Positions 6,613 through 16,088 of a stretch of DNA of 34,773 nt are shown here, piece by piece (the stretch's first letter is position 1; each line of letters begins with the position of its first letter). Below the pieces are notes generated by a model. That model made no database searches. It had not been told where the DNA came from and saw nothing but the letters and a program-made list of their open reading frames with translations. A program made the translations under genes and the position numbers. The stretch is from Kofleriaceae bacterium (lineage in GTDB: Bacteria > Myxococcota_A > Polyangia > Haliangiales > Haliangiaceae), in assembly GCA_035698865.1 (NCBI GenBank), contig DASSBL010000298.1, positions 1-34,773 on the forward strand, in the 5' to 3' direction.

Positions 6613-9065
6613 ACGTCACCCTGCTCACCGCCGGCGTTCGCCTCACCATCGCGATCATCGCCGCAGCCCTCACCCTGGCTGCGTTCATCGGCCGCCGCCG
6701 GGCGCCGCGCTTTTCCGCCAGCCTCGCGCTTTTGGCCGGGCTCGCGGTGGTGGTCGTCATCGCCGATCGGATCACCGTGTTGCTCGCCGGCGCGGCCCAC
6801 CGCGGCGATGTCCTCAATGACTACGCGTGGGCATGGGCGCCGCCGTGGGGCGATGCCGGTGCATGGCTGGGAATCGGGCTCGCGGTGATCGCCATCGGCC
6901 TCGGTGCCGCCGCCGGCCGCCGCATCCAGTCGCCGTTTCAGCGCGCGTTGGTCCTCGGCCTGCGCATCGTCGGGGTCGGTGCGGCGCTGGCGGTGGTCCT
7001 GCGGCCGGCCATCGACCTGATGCACATCGAGTACGAGCCCAACCACGTCGCGGTGCTCATCGACGTCTCGCAGTCCATGGGCCTTCAGGCCTCGCCGGGA
7101 AAGAGCCGCCTCGAGCGCGCCCAGGCCATCATCCGCGCCTCCCAGCCAACTTTTGCCAGCTGGCGCGGGCGCCACCTCGTGGACTTTTTCACGTTCTCGT
7201 CGACCGCCGTCGCCTCCTCGCCCGCGGCCATCGAAAGCGCCGAGGCCAGCGGCACCGAGACCCGGATACTCGGCGCCCTCCAGGCGGTGTCCACCCAGCT
7301 CGAAGCCGGTGGCGATCTCGCCGGCATCATCCTCATCTCCGACGGTGTCGACACCGTGACCGCCGATCCGGGCACCCCCGAGGGCCTCGCCGGCGTCGGT
7401 CCGGTGCACACCCTGTTGCCCGCCAAGAGCGAGCTGCGCGATATCGCGGTGGCCAATATTCTGGCCGATGGCATCGCCTTCGTGCGCACCCCCATCACCA
7501 TCGAAGCGGTCATCAAGAGCAACGGCTTTCCCGCCGAGCCCCGCCGCGTGACCCTCACCAAGGATGGCCAGGTCATCCGCCAGGCATGGGCCAAGCCGGC
7601 CGGCAGCCACCGCGCCAAGGTCTCGTTCGAGCTTGCTCCCGACCGGGTGGGCAAGCACGTCCTCGAGATCGCAACCCCCGTCGCCGAGGGTGAGACGGTC
7701 ACCACCAACAACCGGCGCGCGTTTGTCCTCAATGTCATCCGCGATAAATTGCGCGTGCTCCAGGTCGCGGGCCAGCCGTCGTGGGATGTGCGCGCGCTGC
7801 GCGGGCTCCTCGATCAGAACCCGAACATCGATCTGATCTCGTTTTTTATCCTTCGCACCCAGGAGGACGTGGGCATGGAGCCCGATAGCGAGCTATCGCT
7901 GATCCAGTTTCCCACCCGCGAGCTGTTCGAGGAGGCGCTGCCCACCTTCGACGTGGTGATCCTCCAGAACTTCAACTATTTCCCCTACGGCATGGGGACG
8001 TATCTCGACAACATTCGCGACTATGTGAACGGCGGCGGCGGGCTGGTGATGATCGGCGGCGCGCTCTCGTTTGCATCCGGGCGCTACGCGCACACGCCCA
8101 TCGCGTCGGTGTTGCCGGTCACCCTCGCACCGAGCGCAAGCGACCTCATCGACACCGAGGAGTTTTCGCCGAAGCTCACCGACAAGGGGCGCACGCATCC
8201 CATCACCGCCCTCCACTACGACGTCACCGCCAACAATCGCGCGTGGAGCGCGCTGCCACCGCTGGAAGGAATCAACCGGGTCACCGGCGTTCGTCCCGGC
8301 GCCGCGGTGCTCGCTGTCCATCCGCGCCTCGTGACCCGCGACGGAAAACCGCTGCCGGTGATCGTCGCCGGCGACATTCGCGATGGCCGCTCTTTGGCCA
8401 TCACCACCGACTCGTTGTGGCGGTGGCAGTTCTGGGCCGCCGGCAAGGGCGACACCGGCTCGAGCTACGCCGCGTTCTGGGAAAATGCCATTCGCTGGCT
8501 CACCCGCGATCCGGATCTCCGCCATCTGCGGGTGACCGCGCGCGCCCAGGGCAGCCCCAAACAGCCGGTGATCGTCGATATCGAGCTGTCCGAGACCGAC
8601 TATTCGCCGCTCGCCGGCGGCAATGTGGCCATCGAGATCGGCCCCACCAAACGTCCGAGCCGGGTTCCCGTCGAGACGATGACCGTGACCACCGGCGACG
8701 ACGGCCGCGCCCACGCCGAGGTGAAAAACCTTGCGCCGGGACCGTACCGGGTAACCGCGACCGCCGACGTGGGTGGCCGGCCCACCCACGCGAGCGACGT
8801 GGTCGTGGTGCCGACTGCCGATGCCGAGCTGCGCCAGCCCGCCGCCGATAGCGCCACCCTCGCGGCGATTGCCGAGCAAACCGGTGGTCGGTTCCTCGGC
8901 GATGCCAGCGCGATCCCCGCGGACCTGCCGCTCTCCCCACCGAGCACGCGCACCGTGGATCGCGAGGTCACCGTGAAGCTGTGGAGCCGGCCGGGGCTGT
9001 TGATCCTCGCTTTGGCCCTGCTCGCCCTCGAGTGGGCTTTGCGCCGCCGCGCACGCACGCTATAA
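6609..9065 (+). CDS. BatA-N/VWA-domain membrane protein with a class-I glutamine-amidotransferase-like (DUF1355/ThuA-like) domain
   Basis: The 818-aa protein has N-terminal TM helices, a MIDAS-type LIDVSQSM (DxSxS), ILISDG, a later VVILQNF...GGGLVMIGG segment, and a C-terminal TM (LLILALALLALEWAL). Confidence 0.75.
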   Translation: MNVTLLTAGVRLTIAIIAAALTLAAFIGRRRAPRFSASLALLAGLAVVVVIADRITVLLAGAAHRGDVLNDYAWAWAPPWGDAGAWLGIGLAVIAIGLGAAAGRRIQSPFQRALVLGLRIVGVGAALAVVLRPAIDLMHIEYEPNHVAVLIDVSQSMGLQASPGKSRLERAQAIIRASQPTFASWRGRHLVDFFTFSSTAVASSPAAIESAEASGTETRILGALQAVSTQLEAGGDLAGIILISDGVDTVTADPGTPEGLAGVGPVHTLLPAKSELRDIAVANILADGIAFVRTPITIEAVIKSNGFPAEPRRVTLTKDGQVIRQAWAKPAGSHRAKVSFELAPDRVGKHVLEIATPVAEGETVTTNNRRAFVLNVIRDKLRVLQVAGQPSWDVRALRGLLDQNPNIDLISFFILRTQEDVGMEPDSELSLIQFPTRELFEEALPTFDVVILQNFNYFPYGMGTYLDNIRDYVNGGGGLVMIGGALSFASGRYAHTPIASVLPVTLAPSASDLIDTEEFSPKLTDKGRTHPITALHYDVTANNRAWSALPPLEGINRVTGVRPGAAVLAVHPRLVTRDGKPLPVIVAGDIRDGRSLAITTDSLWRWQFWAAGKGDTGSSYAAFWENAIRWLTRDPDLRHLRVTARAQGSPKQPVIVDIELSETDYSPLAGGNVAIEIGPTKRPSRVPVETMTVTTGDDGRAHAEVKNLAPGPYRVTATADVGGRPTHASDVVVVPTADAELRQPAADSATLAAIAEQTGGRFLGDASAIPADLPLSPPSTRTVDREVTVKLWSRPGLLILALALLALEWALRRRARTL

Positions 9066-9078
9066 AGCGACGCTTGTC

Positions 9079-10278
9079 ATGAACACCGCCCTCGTTCTCG
9101 ACCTCATCTTTCCCGCCGGCGCGACCATCGAGCCACAAGCGCTGGTCACCGCCCTCGGTGGCGAAGAGATCGTGGCTAGCCGCCAGATCCTCGATCCCGA
9201 CATGCAGGATCCGCGGTTTGAGCTCGAGGTCTCGCCATCGATCCCCTTTCGCCGCCGTGGCGAACGCCGGCTCATGGTCATCGACGACAGCGTCTCGTTG
9301 CTCGGCGACGATCCGCGCGCCGAGCCCATCACCACCACCGATCTGCGCCCCGAAAAGGATCGCCTCATCGCCTCGTGCCAGGCCACCGGGGCGCGCCTCG
9401 GCCGGATCATGGCCCTCGGGGTTTGGGGCTCGGCGGTGCTCGTCGCCCGCACGGCCCGTGACCTGCGCGCGATCTCGCTGATCTCGTGGGCGCTGGATCC
9501 GAGCATGGATCTCACCGGCCGCCGCCGCGCGACGCCGCTGTCCCAGGCCGAGCATGAGGAAAAGATCCTCGCTTTTGACAAGCGCCTCGACGAATTGTCC
9601 GAGGCCGATATTCTGGCCAGCACGGGACCGGCGACCATGGTCCGCGCCGGCGACTACATCGTCCTTGACGTCCTCGAGGCCGACGGCACCTGGGATGTGC
9701 GCAAGTCGCTGATGATGGAGATGGCCCTGGCCGCCCTCGATCGCTTCGCGCACATTGTGGGGGCGCCCGCGTCGGCGCCTCCGGAAAACAGGGCGCCCGC
9801 GGCTCCGGAACCGAAACCCGCGCCGTCGCCCGCGCCTCCACAGGCCGAACCGCCGCCGGCGGCCGATGTGCCCAAGCTCGCCGCCGGCCATATCAACGGC
9901 AGGCTCGTGCTGCTGTTTCCGCGCGCGCGTTTCGATCTCGATGTCGCCGCCGCCATGGGCGTCAATAACTGGGAAGCCGTGCTCGCGGCCGGCGATCTGT
10001 CCGGTGCCGAGCGCGATCAGGTGTTCTCCGAGGGCGCGGGCTTTATCGCTCCCCTCGAGTTTCTTTCCGAGGTCTTTTTCGAGGGCAAGCCGCTGTCGCG
10101 AGTCGACTTCGACGGCCACGCCCGTGCGATCAACGATAGCGCGCGCGCCCTCGAGGTCCACTGCCCTCGATATGGCTCGGCGGTGCTCCTCGACGTGCCG
10201 GGACGCGGCCGGTTCATCAGCTCCGAAGACGGCGCACCCGAGATGGTCCTCGGCCTGTTGCCGGAGATGCCGGCCTGA
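9079..10278 (+). CDS. hypothetical cytoplasmic protein, two domains joined by a Pro/Ala-rich linker
   Basis: The 399-aa ORF has coding-like GC3 and starts 13 nt after the preceding stop. It has no TM segment or signal peptide. The linker reads APASAPPENRAPAAPEPKPAPSPAPPQAEPPPAA. I recognised no family. Confidence 0.6.
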   Translation: MNTALVLDLIFPAGATIEPQALVTALGGEEIVASRQILDPDMQDPRFELEVSPSIPFRRRGERRLMVIDDSVSLLGDDPRAEPITTTDLRPEKDRLIASCQATGARLGRIMALGVWGSAVLVARTARDLRAISLISWALDPSMDLTGRRRATPLSQAEHEEKILAFDKRLDELSEADILASTGPATMVRAGDYIVLDVLEADGTWDVRKSLMMEMALAALDRFAHIVGAPASAPPENRAPAAPEPKPAPSPAPPQAEPPPAADVPKLAAGHINGRLVLLFPRARFDLDVAAAMGVNNWEAVLAAGDLSGAERDQVFSEGAGFIAPLEFLSEVFFEGKPLSRVDFDGHARAINDSARALEVHCPRYGSAVLLDVPGRGRFISSEDGAPEMVLGLLPEMPA

Positions 10279-10306
10279 GGGTGATCGGCTTTCCGGGCGC
10301 GGCGGT

Positions 10307-11128
10307 CTACGCGCGCTTCTGATAGACGTGGACGTCCTGTTGCGGGAACGGAAAGCTGATCCCGGCGCGGTCGAACTCCGCCTTGACCTTCTCGAGCAAA
10401 TCGCCGTGAACGCCCCAGTAGTCCCCGGTGGCCGTCCACGGGCGGCAGAACAGATCGACGCTGCTGGCGCCGAGACTGGCCACACCCACGGTGGCCGCCG
10501 GCTCCCTGAGAATGCGATCATCCGCGGCGATGAGCCCCTCGAGGATGTCTTTGGCCTGCTTGATGTCGTCGCCATAGCCGATGCCAAACACCAGGTCGAT
10601 GCGGCGGGTGCCGCGGACGGTGGTGTTTTCGATGGGCCCCGAGAAGATCTGGCCGTTGGGGACCACGATCTGGCGGTTGTCGCCGGTCACCAGCACCGTG
10701 GAAAACACCTTGATCGATTCGACGGTGCCCGACTGGCCCGCGGCGACCACAAAGTCGCCGACTCGAAACGGCTTGAATAGAAGGATCATGACCCCGGCCG
10801 CGAAGTTGCCGAGGGATCCCTGCAGGGCAAAGCCAACGGCGAGGCCGGCGGCTCCAAGCACCGCCACCGCCGCGGTGGTCTTGACGCCGAGCTGATCCAG
10901 CGCCGCGATAACGACGACCATCAAGAGGATCGCATACGTGACATCGGCCAGAAATCTGGCCAGCGACGGTTCCACTTTCTTCTCGAGGACCCGGGCCATC
11001 ATCTTGACGACGGCCTTGGCGATCCAGCGCCCGATCACGAGGACCAAGACGGCGATCACGAAGTTGACGGCAAGGGGAACGGCGTATGCCTCGACGAGGT
11101 GCTTGATGTCCGCGGCGCTGAGATTCAT
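10307..11128 (-). CDS. small-conductance mechanosensitive channel (MscS family)
   Basis: Track ORF trimmed to the ATG at 11126-11128, with GGAG 7 nt upstream. It has the pore-helix signature GLAVGFALQGSLGNFAAGVMILLFKPFRVGDFV followed by a beta-domain. Confidence 0.9.
   Translation of the reverse strand: MNLSAADIKHLVEAYAVPLAVNFVIAVLVLVIGRWIAKAVVKMMARVLEKKVEPSLARFLADVTYAILLMVVVIAALDQLGVKTTAAVAVLGAAGLAVGFALQGSLGNFAAGVMILLFKPFRVGDFVVAAGQSGTVESIKVFSTVLVTGDNRQIVVPNGQIFSGPIENTTVRGTRRIDLVFGIGYGDDIKQAKDILEGLIAADDRILREPAATVGVASLGASSVDLFCRPWTATGDYWGVHGDLLEKVKAEFDRAGISFPFPQQDVHVYQKRA
10946..10961. repeat. Exact copy 2 of the 16-mer GGCCAGAAATCTGGCC
   Basis: Read directly. It lies inside the MscS CDS, where the coding strand reads GCC AGA TTT CTG GCC (ARFLA). 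Confidence 0.9.
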
Positions 11129-11210
11129 CGGTGACTCCTGGCATGGCCAGCCCCGCTGGCCGCTGATCGATGCAGCGACGCCCAATACCACACATCGCCC
11201 GAGGCGAGAA

Positions 11211-12032
11211 TCAGGTCAGTGCGCGCGCCGCGAGCCGGTATGCGCCACCGATGACCCGATCATAGGTGCGCGGTCCGAGCCGGTTCAGATGCACCAGGGC
11301 CGAGCCGCTGGCCGCGACCACCTGCACTCCGCCGATGCGGCGGCGGGCGATGGCCACCACCTTGCGGCCGACCACATCGGGATCGGCGCCGCGCGTGCGC
11401 CAGATCTTTTCCACGCGAGCGCGCACCAGCCCGTGCCCGAGGCGGCCATCGCGAATGATGTTCGAGGCCACGAGCCCGGGACAGATGGCGGTCACCTCGA
11501 CGCCGCGGCTTTTGACCTCGGCGCGAAGGGCGCGCGCGAGAGCCACCAACGCGTGCTTGGTCGCCGCGTAGGCTCCCGCCAGGGGCAGCGCAAACAGGCC
11601 GAGCACGCTGGCGGTGATGATCACGTGGCCGCCGCCGCGCTGGGCGAGCATCGGCCCCAGGAACGCATCGAGCCCGTAGACGACGCCGTACAGGTTGGTG
11701 TCGATGACCCGCCGCCAGTCGGCGAGATCCATGTCCGCGATGGGCCCGCCGTGACCGACGCCGGCGTTGAGAAACAGCACATCGATGCCGGCATCGCGCT
11801 CGAGCACGCTCGCCGCAACCTCGGCCATGGCCGCCGCATCGCGACAATCGGCGACGTGGGCTTCGGCGCGGGTGCCACGGCGCGCGCACGCCACCGCTTC
11901 GGCCTCGACGCCGGCCGCATCGATATCCACCAGGTGCAAGATCGCGCCGCAATCGGCAAACCGCCGCGCGGCAGCCTGGCCGATGCCCGAGGCGGCGCCA
12001 GTGATCACGACAACGCGGTTGGCAAGCTTCAT
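11211..12032 (-). CDS. short-chain dehydrogenase/reductase (SDR)
   Basis: Track ORF trimmed to the ATG at 12030-12032, with AAGGAG upstream. It has TGAASGIGQAAA (TGxxxGxG), NAG (LFLNAGVG) and the catalytic YAATKHA (YxxxK). Confidence 0.9.
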   Translation of the reverse strand: MKLANRVVVITGAASGIGQAAARRFADCGAILHLVDIDAAGVEAEAVACARRGTRAEAHVADCRDAAAMAEVAASVLERDAGIDVLFLNAGVGHGGPIADMDLADWRRVIDTNLYGVVYGLDAFLGPMLAQRGGGHVIITASVLGLFALPLAGAYAATKHALVALARALRAEVKSRGVEVTAICPGLVASNIIRDGRLGHGLVRARVEKIWRTRGADPDVVGRKVVAIARRRIGGVQVVAASGSALVHLNRLGPRTYDRVIGGAYRLAARALT

Positions 12033-12118
12033 CAAGTCTCCTTGGCCGGCAAGGGCCCTCTCTGTCGGCCAGCCCGCCCCCAACGCTCAGCTCGAGGTGG
12101 CCCCAGATTGCCCTTTCC

Positions 12119-12130
12119 ATCCAATTGGAT
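12119..12130. promoter_or_regulatory. Perfect 12-bp palindrome ATCCAATTGGAT in the divergent SDR/diiron-protein spacer (candidate operator)
   Basis: Read directly. It is AT-rich relative to its surroundings and lies 46 nt upstream of the ATG at 12176. Confidence 0.3.
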
Positions 12131-12175
12131 TATCCAAGTTACCAGCGAACCTGGTCAAGGGACGCCGGAGGAACC

Positions 12176-13060
12176 ATGCGTTTTGCCCTCGACGAGAGCG
12201 CGATGCTCGAAAAATGCAGGCGCCTGCAGTGGTCGGTCGCTGACATCGACTGGGAGGCTCCCGGTGGCGACGTCGGCGATGAGGCGCGGCGGGATCTGGC
12301 GCCGTTTTTGGCCGACCTTTACTGGATCGAGTCCATCGCGGCCATCGTCTTTCAGGCCATGAGTGAGACCGCCACCCATCCGAGGCGGGCGGCGATCTTC
12401 GCGTCGTTTGCCGGCGATGAGCAACGCCACGCGGACGCCGAGCTGCTCCTCATGCGCCGGTGGAAAATGGTCGGCCGCCGCGAGGTCCCGGCCCCCAACC
12501 CCAACGCGCGCAACCTCATCCGCGCCCTGGACCGCACCGCGCATCGGGTTCACCCGGCGGTGTTCTCCGCCATCATCCCGTTTACCGAGCTGGTCCTCGA
12601 TGGCGCCCTGGTCAAGCACCTGGAGGTCAAGATCACCGACCCGGTGTGCGGCGAGGTGTTCAAGCGCATCAACGCCGACGAGGCGCGCCACCTGGCGGTG
12701 GACTTTTACCTGCTCGAGCAGTTCGGCGCGACGCTATCCGGGGCCGATGTCCGGCGGCTGGCCCTATCGGCCTTTTCGCGCCCGCTGGTGATGTATGGCC
12801 TGTTGCTGGGATATCTGCCCATGCTCACCCGCACCCGCAAGACCATCGAGCGCGCCGGCCTCACCGAGGAGCAGCTGCTTGCATGCGTCCGGCGTTACGT
12901 GGCCCTGGGCGATCAGAGCAAAGGCGCCGCTCGCCATCCCACCTACAGGGTATTTCGCTCCATCAGCCGCGGCATTCTGGCCGGGCGCGCCGACGTCGGG
13001 GAGCTGCTCATGAAAGTCTCCGATCTGTGCGACGTTCCCGGCTGGCGCATCGCCGCCTGA
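12176..13060 (+). CDS. ferritin-like diiron-carboxylate protein (AurF/R2/desaturase-like superfamily)
   Basis: Track ORF trimmed to the ATG at 12176, with GGAGGA upstream. It has two ExxH-type motifs (GDEQRHADAE and ADEARHLAV), each preceded by a helix carrying an acidic residue. Length is 294 aa. Confidence 0.6.
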   Translation: MRFALDESAMLEKCRRLQWSVADIDWEAPGGDVGDEARRDLAPFLADLYWIESIAAIVFQAMSETATHPRRAAIFASFAGDEQRHADAELLLMRRWKMVGRREVPAPNPNARNLIRALDRTAHRVHPAVFSAIIPFTELVLDGALVKHLEVKITDPVCGEVFKRINADEARHLAVDFYLLEQFGATLSGADVRRLALSAFSRPLVMYGLLLGYLPMLTRTRKTIERAGLTEEQLLACVRRYVALGDQSKGAARHPTYRVFRSISRGILAGRADVGELLMKVSDLCDVPGWRIAA

Positions 13061-13078
13061 GCGCGGCAGAGGGATCTC

Positions 13079-13891
13079 ATGAGCCAGAAATTCAGCTCCA
13101 GCGACGTGGCTCGCTTCCGTTTTGCCCAGCGGGTCGCCTACGAGGCCGCTGTGTCGGTCGCCGAGGGCCTCGCCCGTGGCACCACCGAGAAGGCCGCCGC
13201 CGCAAAGCTCGAGCAGACCCTCGCGGCGCGCGGCGTTCATCAATACTTTCACAAACCGTTTGCGTGGTTTGGCGATCGCACCCGACTGCCCGGCCGGCGC
13301 GCCTTGCCGACCGCGTTTTTTCCGACCGACCGGGCGCTCGAGCCCAACATGATCGGCATCCTCGATGTCGCGCCGGTGGTCGATGGCTACGCGGTCGATA
13401 TCGGCTATACGTTCACCTGCGGCGAGCCCGACCGCGCCGTTGCCGCCGCCATGGACACCCTGCGCGAGATCCGCGCGCTCATCCCCGAGCACGTGACCCG
13501 CGGCGACACCATGCGCAGCATCTACCGCCGCATCGATCGGATGTTTGCCGAGCGCGGCTATGAAAACCGCCACTGCCGCTATCCCGGTGGCGTCCTCGGC
13601 CATCGGGTTGCAAAGCTCAACGGCACGGGTACGCGCACTGTGGCCGGGTTCGGCATCGAAGCGCTCACCGGGTTAGCGCGCGGCGAATTACTCGCGCGCC
13701 TGCCGCTCTTTGCGTCGCGAAAAGCATTGTGGAACGGCGAGGCGAGTGCTGCGCGCGCCGTCCCACCGGGGCTGTGGGCGATCGAGCCGCACCTGGGGAC
13801 CGCGCACTTTGGCGCCAAGTTCGAAGAGCTGTTGGTGGTCGACGAGGGCGGCGCGGCCCGCTGGCTCGACGACACCGTCCCCCACGCCTGA
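13079..13891 (+). CDS. M24-family metallopeptidase-like protein (pita-bread fold)
   Basis: DVAPVVDGYAVD places two Asp residues 11 apart, as in M24 enzymes. GHRV, IEPH and FEELLVV follow in the expected order for His/Glu/Glu ligands. It starts 18 nt after the diiron gene. Confidence 0.65.
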   Translation: MSQKFSSSDVARFRFAQRVAYEAAVSVAEGLARGTTEKAAAAKLEQTLAARGVHQYFHKPFAWFGDRTRLPGRRALPTAFFPTDRALEPNMIGILDVAPVVDGYAVDIGYTFTCGEPDRAVAAAMDTLREIRALIPEHVTRGDTMRSIYRRIDRMFAERGYENRHCRYPGGVLGHRVAKLNGTGTRTVAGFGIEALTGLARGELLARLPLFASRKALWNGEASAARAVPPGLWAIEPHLGTAHFGAKFEELLVVDEGGAARWLDDTVPHA

Positions 13892-13918
13892 ATGATCGAT
13901 CGCGTTCGTTCGCGGGCC

Positions 13919-16039
13919 TTACTTGAGGCCGCGATCTGAAAGGAGCGCCTCGATGCTCGGATCGCGGCCGCGAAAGGCGCGGTACATGGCGCCGAGATCG
14001 CCGGTGTGGCCGCGCGACAGGATCATCTTGCGGAACCGCTCGCCGTTTTCGCGGCGAAGGCCGCCGTGCTCTTCGAACCACTGATAGGCGTCGTCGTCGA
14101 GGACCTCGCTCCACAGATATGCGTAGTAGGCGGCCTGATAGCCGCCCTCCCAGATGTGGGCGAAATAGGTGGTGTGATAGCGCGGTGGCACCTGGGGCAA
14201 GTCGATGTGAAAGCGCGAAAGCGCCGCCTTTTCAAACGCGTTCACATCGGTGACCTCGGCGTTTGCCGGCAGCGTGTGCCACGCCAGATCGATGAGCGCG
14301 GCGGCGAGATACTCGGTGGTCGCGAATCCCTGGTTGAAGGTTTGTGACTCGAGAATCTTGGCCATGAGCGCGTCGGGCATGGCCGCGCCGGTCTCGTAAT
14401 GGCGGGCATAGTGGGCCAGAACGTGGGGCTCGCTCGCCCAGTGCTCGTTGAACTGCGATGGAAACTCCACGAAGTCGCGCGGCACGTGGGTGCCCGCCAG
14501 GCTCGGGTAGCGCGCCTCGGACAGCATCCCGTGGAGGGCGTGACCAAACTCGTGAAACATGGTGGTGACCTCGGTGAAGGTCAACAGCGCCGGCTTTCCC
14601 GGCGCGGGCTTGGCAAAGTTGCAGACGTTAAACACCACCGCCTTTTGTCCGAGGAGCCCGGATGGGCTCACAAAGGTGCTCATCCACGCCCCTCCGGCCT
14701 TGTTGTCGCGGGCAAAGTAGTCGGCGTAAAACAGCGCCAGCGGCGTTTTGTCGGCGTCAAAGACCTCGAACACGCGAACGCCCGGCGCATAGACCGGAAG
14801 GTCGGAGCGCTCCTCGAAGGTGAGGCCGTAAAGCTCGTGGGCGGCAAAAAAGACGCCGTCCCGGAGCACGCGATCGAGCTCGAAGTACGGGCGAACCTGG
14901 GAATCATCGAGGTCGTATTCGGCCTTGCGAACCTTCTCGGCGTAGTACTGCCAGTCCCACGCGGCGAGGGGAAACGGGTGCGGGCCGCGGTCGATGAGGG
15001 CCTGCATCTTGGCCATCTCCGCGCGCGCCTTGGCGGTGGCTGCCGGAACCAGGCGGGTGAGCAGCGCCTCGGCAGCCTCGGGGGTTTTCGCCATCTGGTC
15101 GCCCAGGCGGTAGGCGGCAAAGCTCGGAAAGCCGAGGAGCTTGGCCTTGTCGGCGCGGAGCGTGGCCAGGCGCAAGACAATGGGCCGCACGTCATTTTTG
15201 CCGCCGCCATCGGCGCGATGAACCGCGGCCTGAAACAGCCGCTTGCGCACGTCGTGGTTCGCGAGACTTTTTTGCGGCGGCTGCTGGGTGGTGTTCTGGA
15301 GCGGCAGCAACCACTTGCCATCGAGGTGGCGAGCCTTGGCGGCCTGGGCCGCGGCGGCGACATCACCGTCGGATAGACCCTCGAGTTGGTGAACATCATC
15401 GACGATCACCGCGCCCGCGGCGGTGGCGGCCAGAAGCTTGTTTTTCAGCTCGGTGGTGAGCCTGGATTCCTCCTGATTGAGGGCCCGCAACGTCGTCTTG
15501 TCGGCCTCGGAGAGCAGCGCGCCGGCGCGCACGAAGTCGCCATAGACGTGCTCGATGAGGACCTTGCCCTCGGGATCGATATCGAGGGTGGCGCGCGCAT
15601 CGTAGAGGGTCTTGATGCGGGCAAACAGCTTCGCGTTGAGGAAAATGGCGTCGTGGTGGGCGGCGAGCTTGGGCGCCTCTTCGGTCTCGACCTTCTGGAG
15701 CACCGGGTTGGTGTTGGCCTGAGCGACGGCAAAAAACACCTGGCTCACGCGATCGAGCAGCCTGCCCGAGCGCTCCATGGCGACCATCGTGTTGGCGAAG
15801 GTCGGTGCGGCCGGGTTGTCGGCGATGGCCCCGATCTCGGCCATCTGCTGGGCCATCCCGGCCTCGAGGGCGGGCTGGTAGTCGCTATCCTCGATGCGGT
15901 CAAAGGGCGGCGCGAAAAATGGCAGCGGGCTCTCTTTGAAAAAGGGATTACTGCGGTGGGTATCGGGTGTCGTGGTCGTGGTCGGCGCGGTCATGCAAGC
16001 CCCCAGAGCGAGCGTCGTGAGCAGAAGGATTCGAGCCAT
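13919..16039 (-). CDS. dcp: M3-family peptidyl-dipeptidase (Dcp), lipoprotein
   Basis: Track ORF 13919..16582 trimmed to the ATG at 16037-16039 (MARILLLTTLALGAC, lipobox LGAC). It has the zinc motif HEFGHALHG and is 706 aa with an M3 pattern throughout. Confidence 0.9.
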   Translation of the reverse strand: MARILLLTTLALGACMTAPTTTTTPDTHRSNPFFKESPLPFFAPPFDRIEDSDYQPALEAGMAQQMAEIGAIADNPAAPTFANTMVAMERSGRLLDRVSQVFFAVAQANTNPVLQKVETEEAPKLAAHHDAIFLNAKLFARIKTLYDARATLDIDPEGKVLIEHVYGDFVRAGALLSEADKTTLRALNQEESRLTTELKNKLLAATAAGAVIVDDVHQLEGLSDGDVAAAAQAAKARHLDGKWLLPLQNTTQQPPQKSLANHDVRKRLFQAAVHRADGGGKNDVRPIVLRLATLRADKAKLLGFPSFAAYRLGDQMAKTPEAAEALLTRLVPAATAKARAEMAKMQALIDRGPHPFPLAAWDWQYYAEKVRKAEYDLDDSQVRPYFELDRVLRDGVFFAAHELYGLTFEERSDLPVYAPGVRVFEVFDADKTPLALFYADYFARDNKAGGAWMSTFVSPSGLLGQKAVVFNVCNFAKPAPGKPALLTFTEVTTMFHEFGHALHGMLSEARYPSLAGTHVPRDFVEFPSQFNEHWASEPHVLAHYARHYETGAAMPDALMAKILESQTFNQGFATTEYLAAALIDLAWHTLPANAEVTDVNAFEKAALSRFHIDLPQVPPRYHTTYFAHIWEGGYQAAYYAYLWSEVLDDDAYQWFEEHGGLRRENGERFRKMILSRGHTGDLGAMYRAFRGRDPSIEALLSDRGLK

Positions 16040-16088
16040 CGCCGAGACGCTATCACTTTGCGCGCCCGCGGGCTGGGGTGGGCGCGAA

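Noticed and set aside
6537-10587. Long minus-strand ORFs 6537..7658, 7893..8879 and 8968..10587.
   Set aside because: They lie antisense to the VWA/BatA-like and 399-aa genes. They are Arg/Gly/Asp/His-rich with no motifs, as expected for stop-codon-poor high-GC DNA.
12130-12138. Other 7/9 DnaA-box matches: TTATCCAAG at 12130-12138, TTATCCATC at 31521-31529, and TTGTGGATG at 31538-31546.
   Set aside because: They are too degenerate and isolated to interpret. They are mentioned only so they can be included in a genome-wide box scan.
10938-12362. A 474-aa plus-strand ORF.
   Set aside because: It runs antisense across the MscS and SDR genes and the spacer between them. Both of those genes have unmistakable family motifs and SD-preceded starts.
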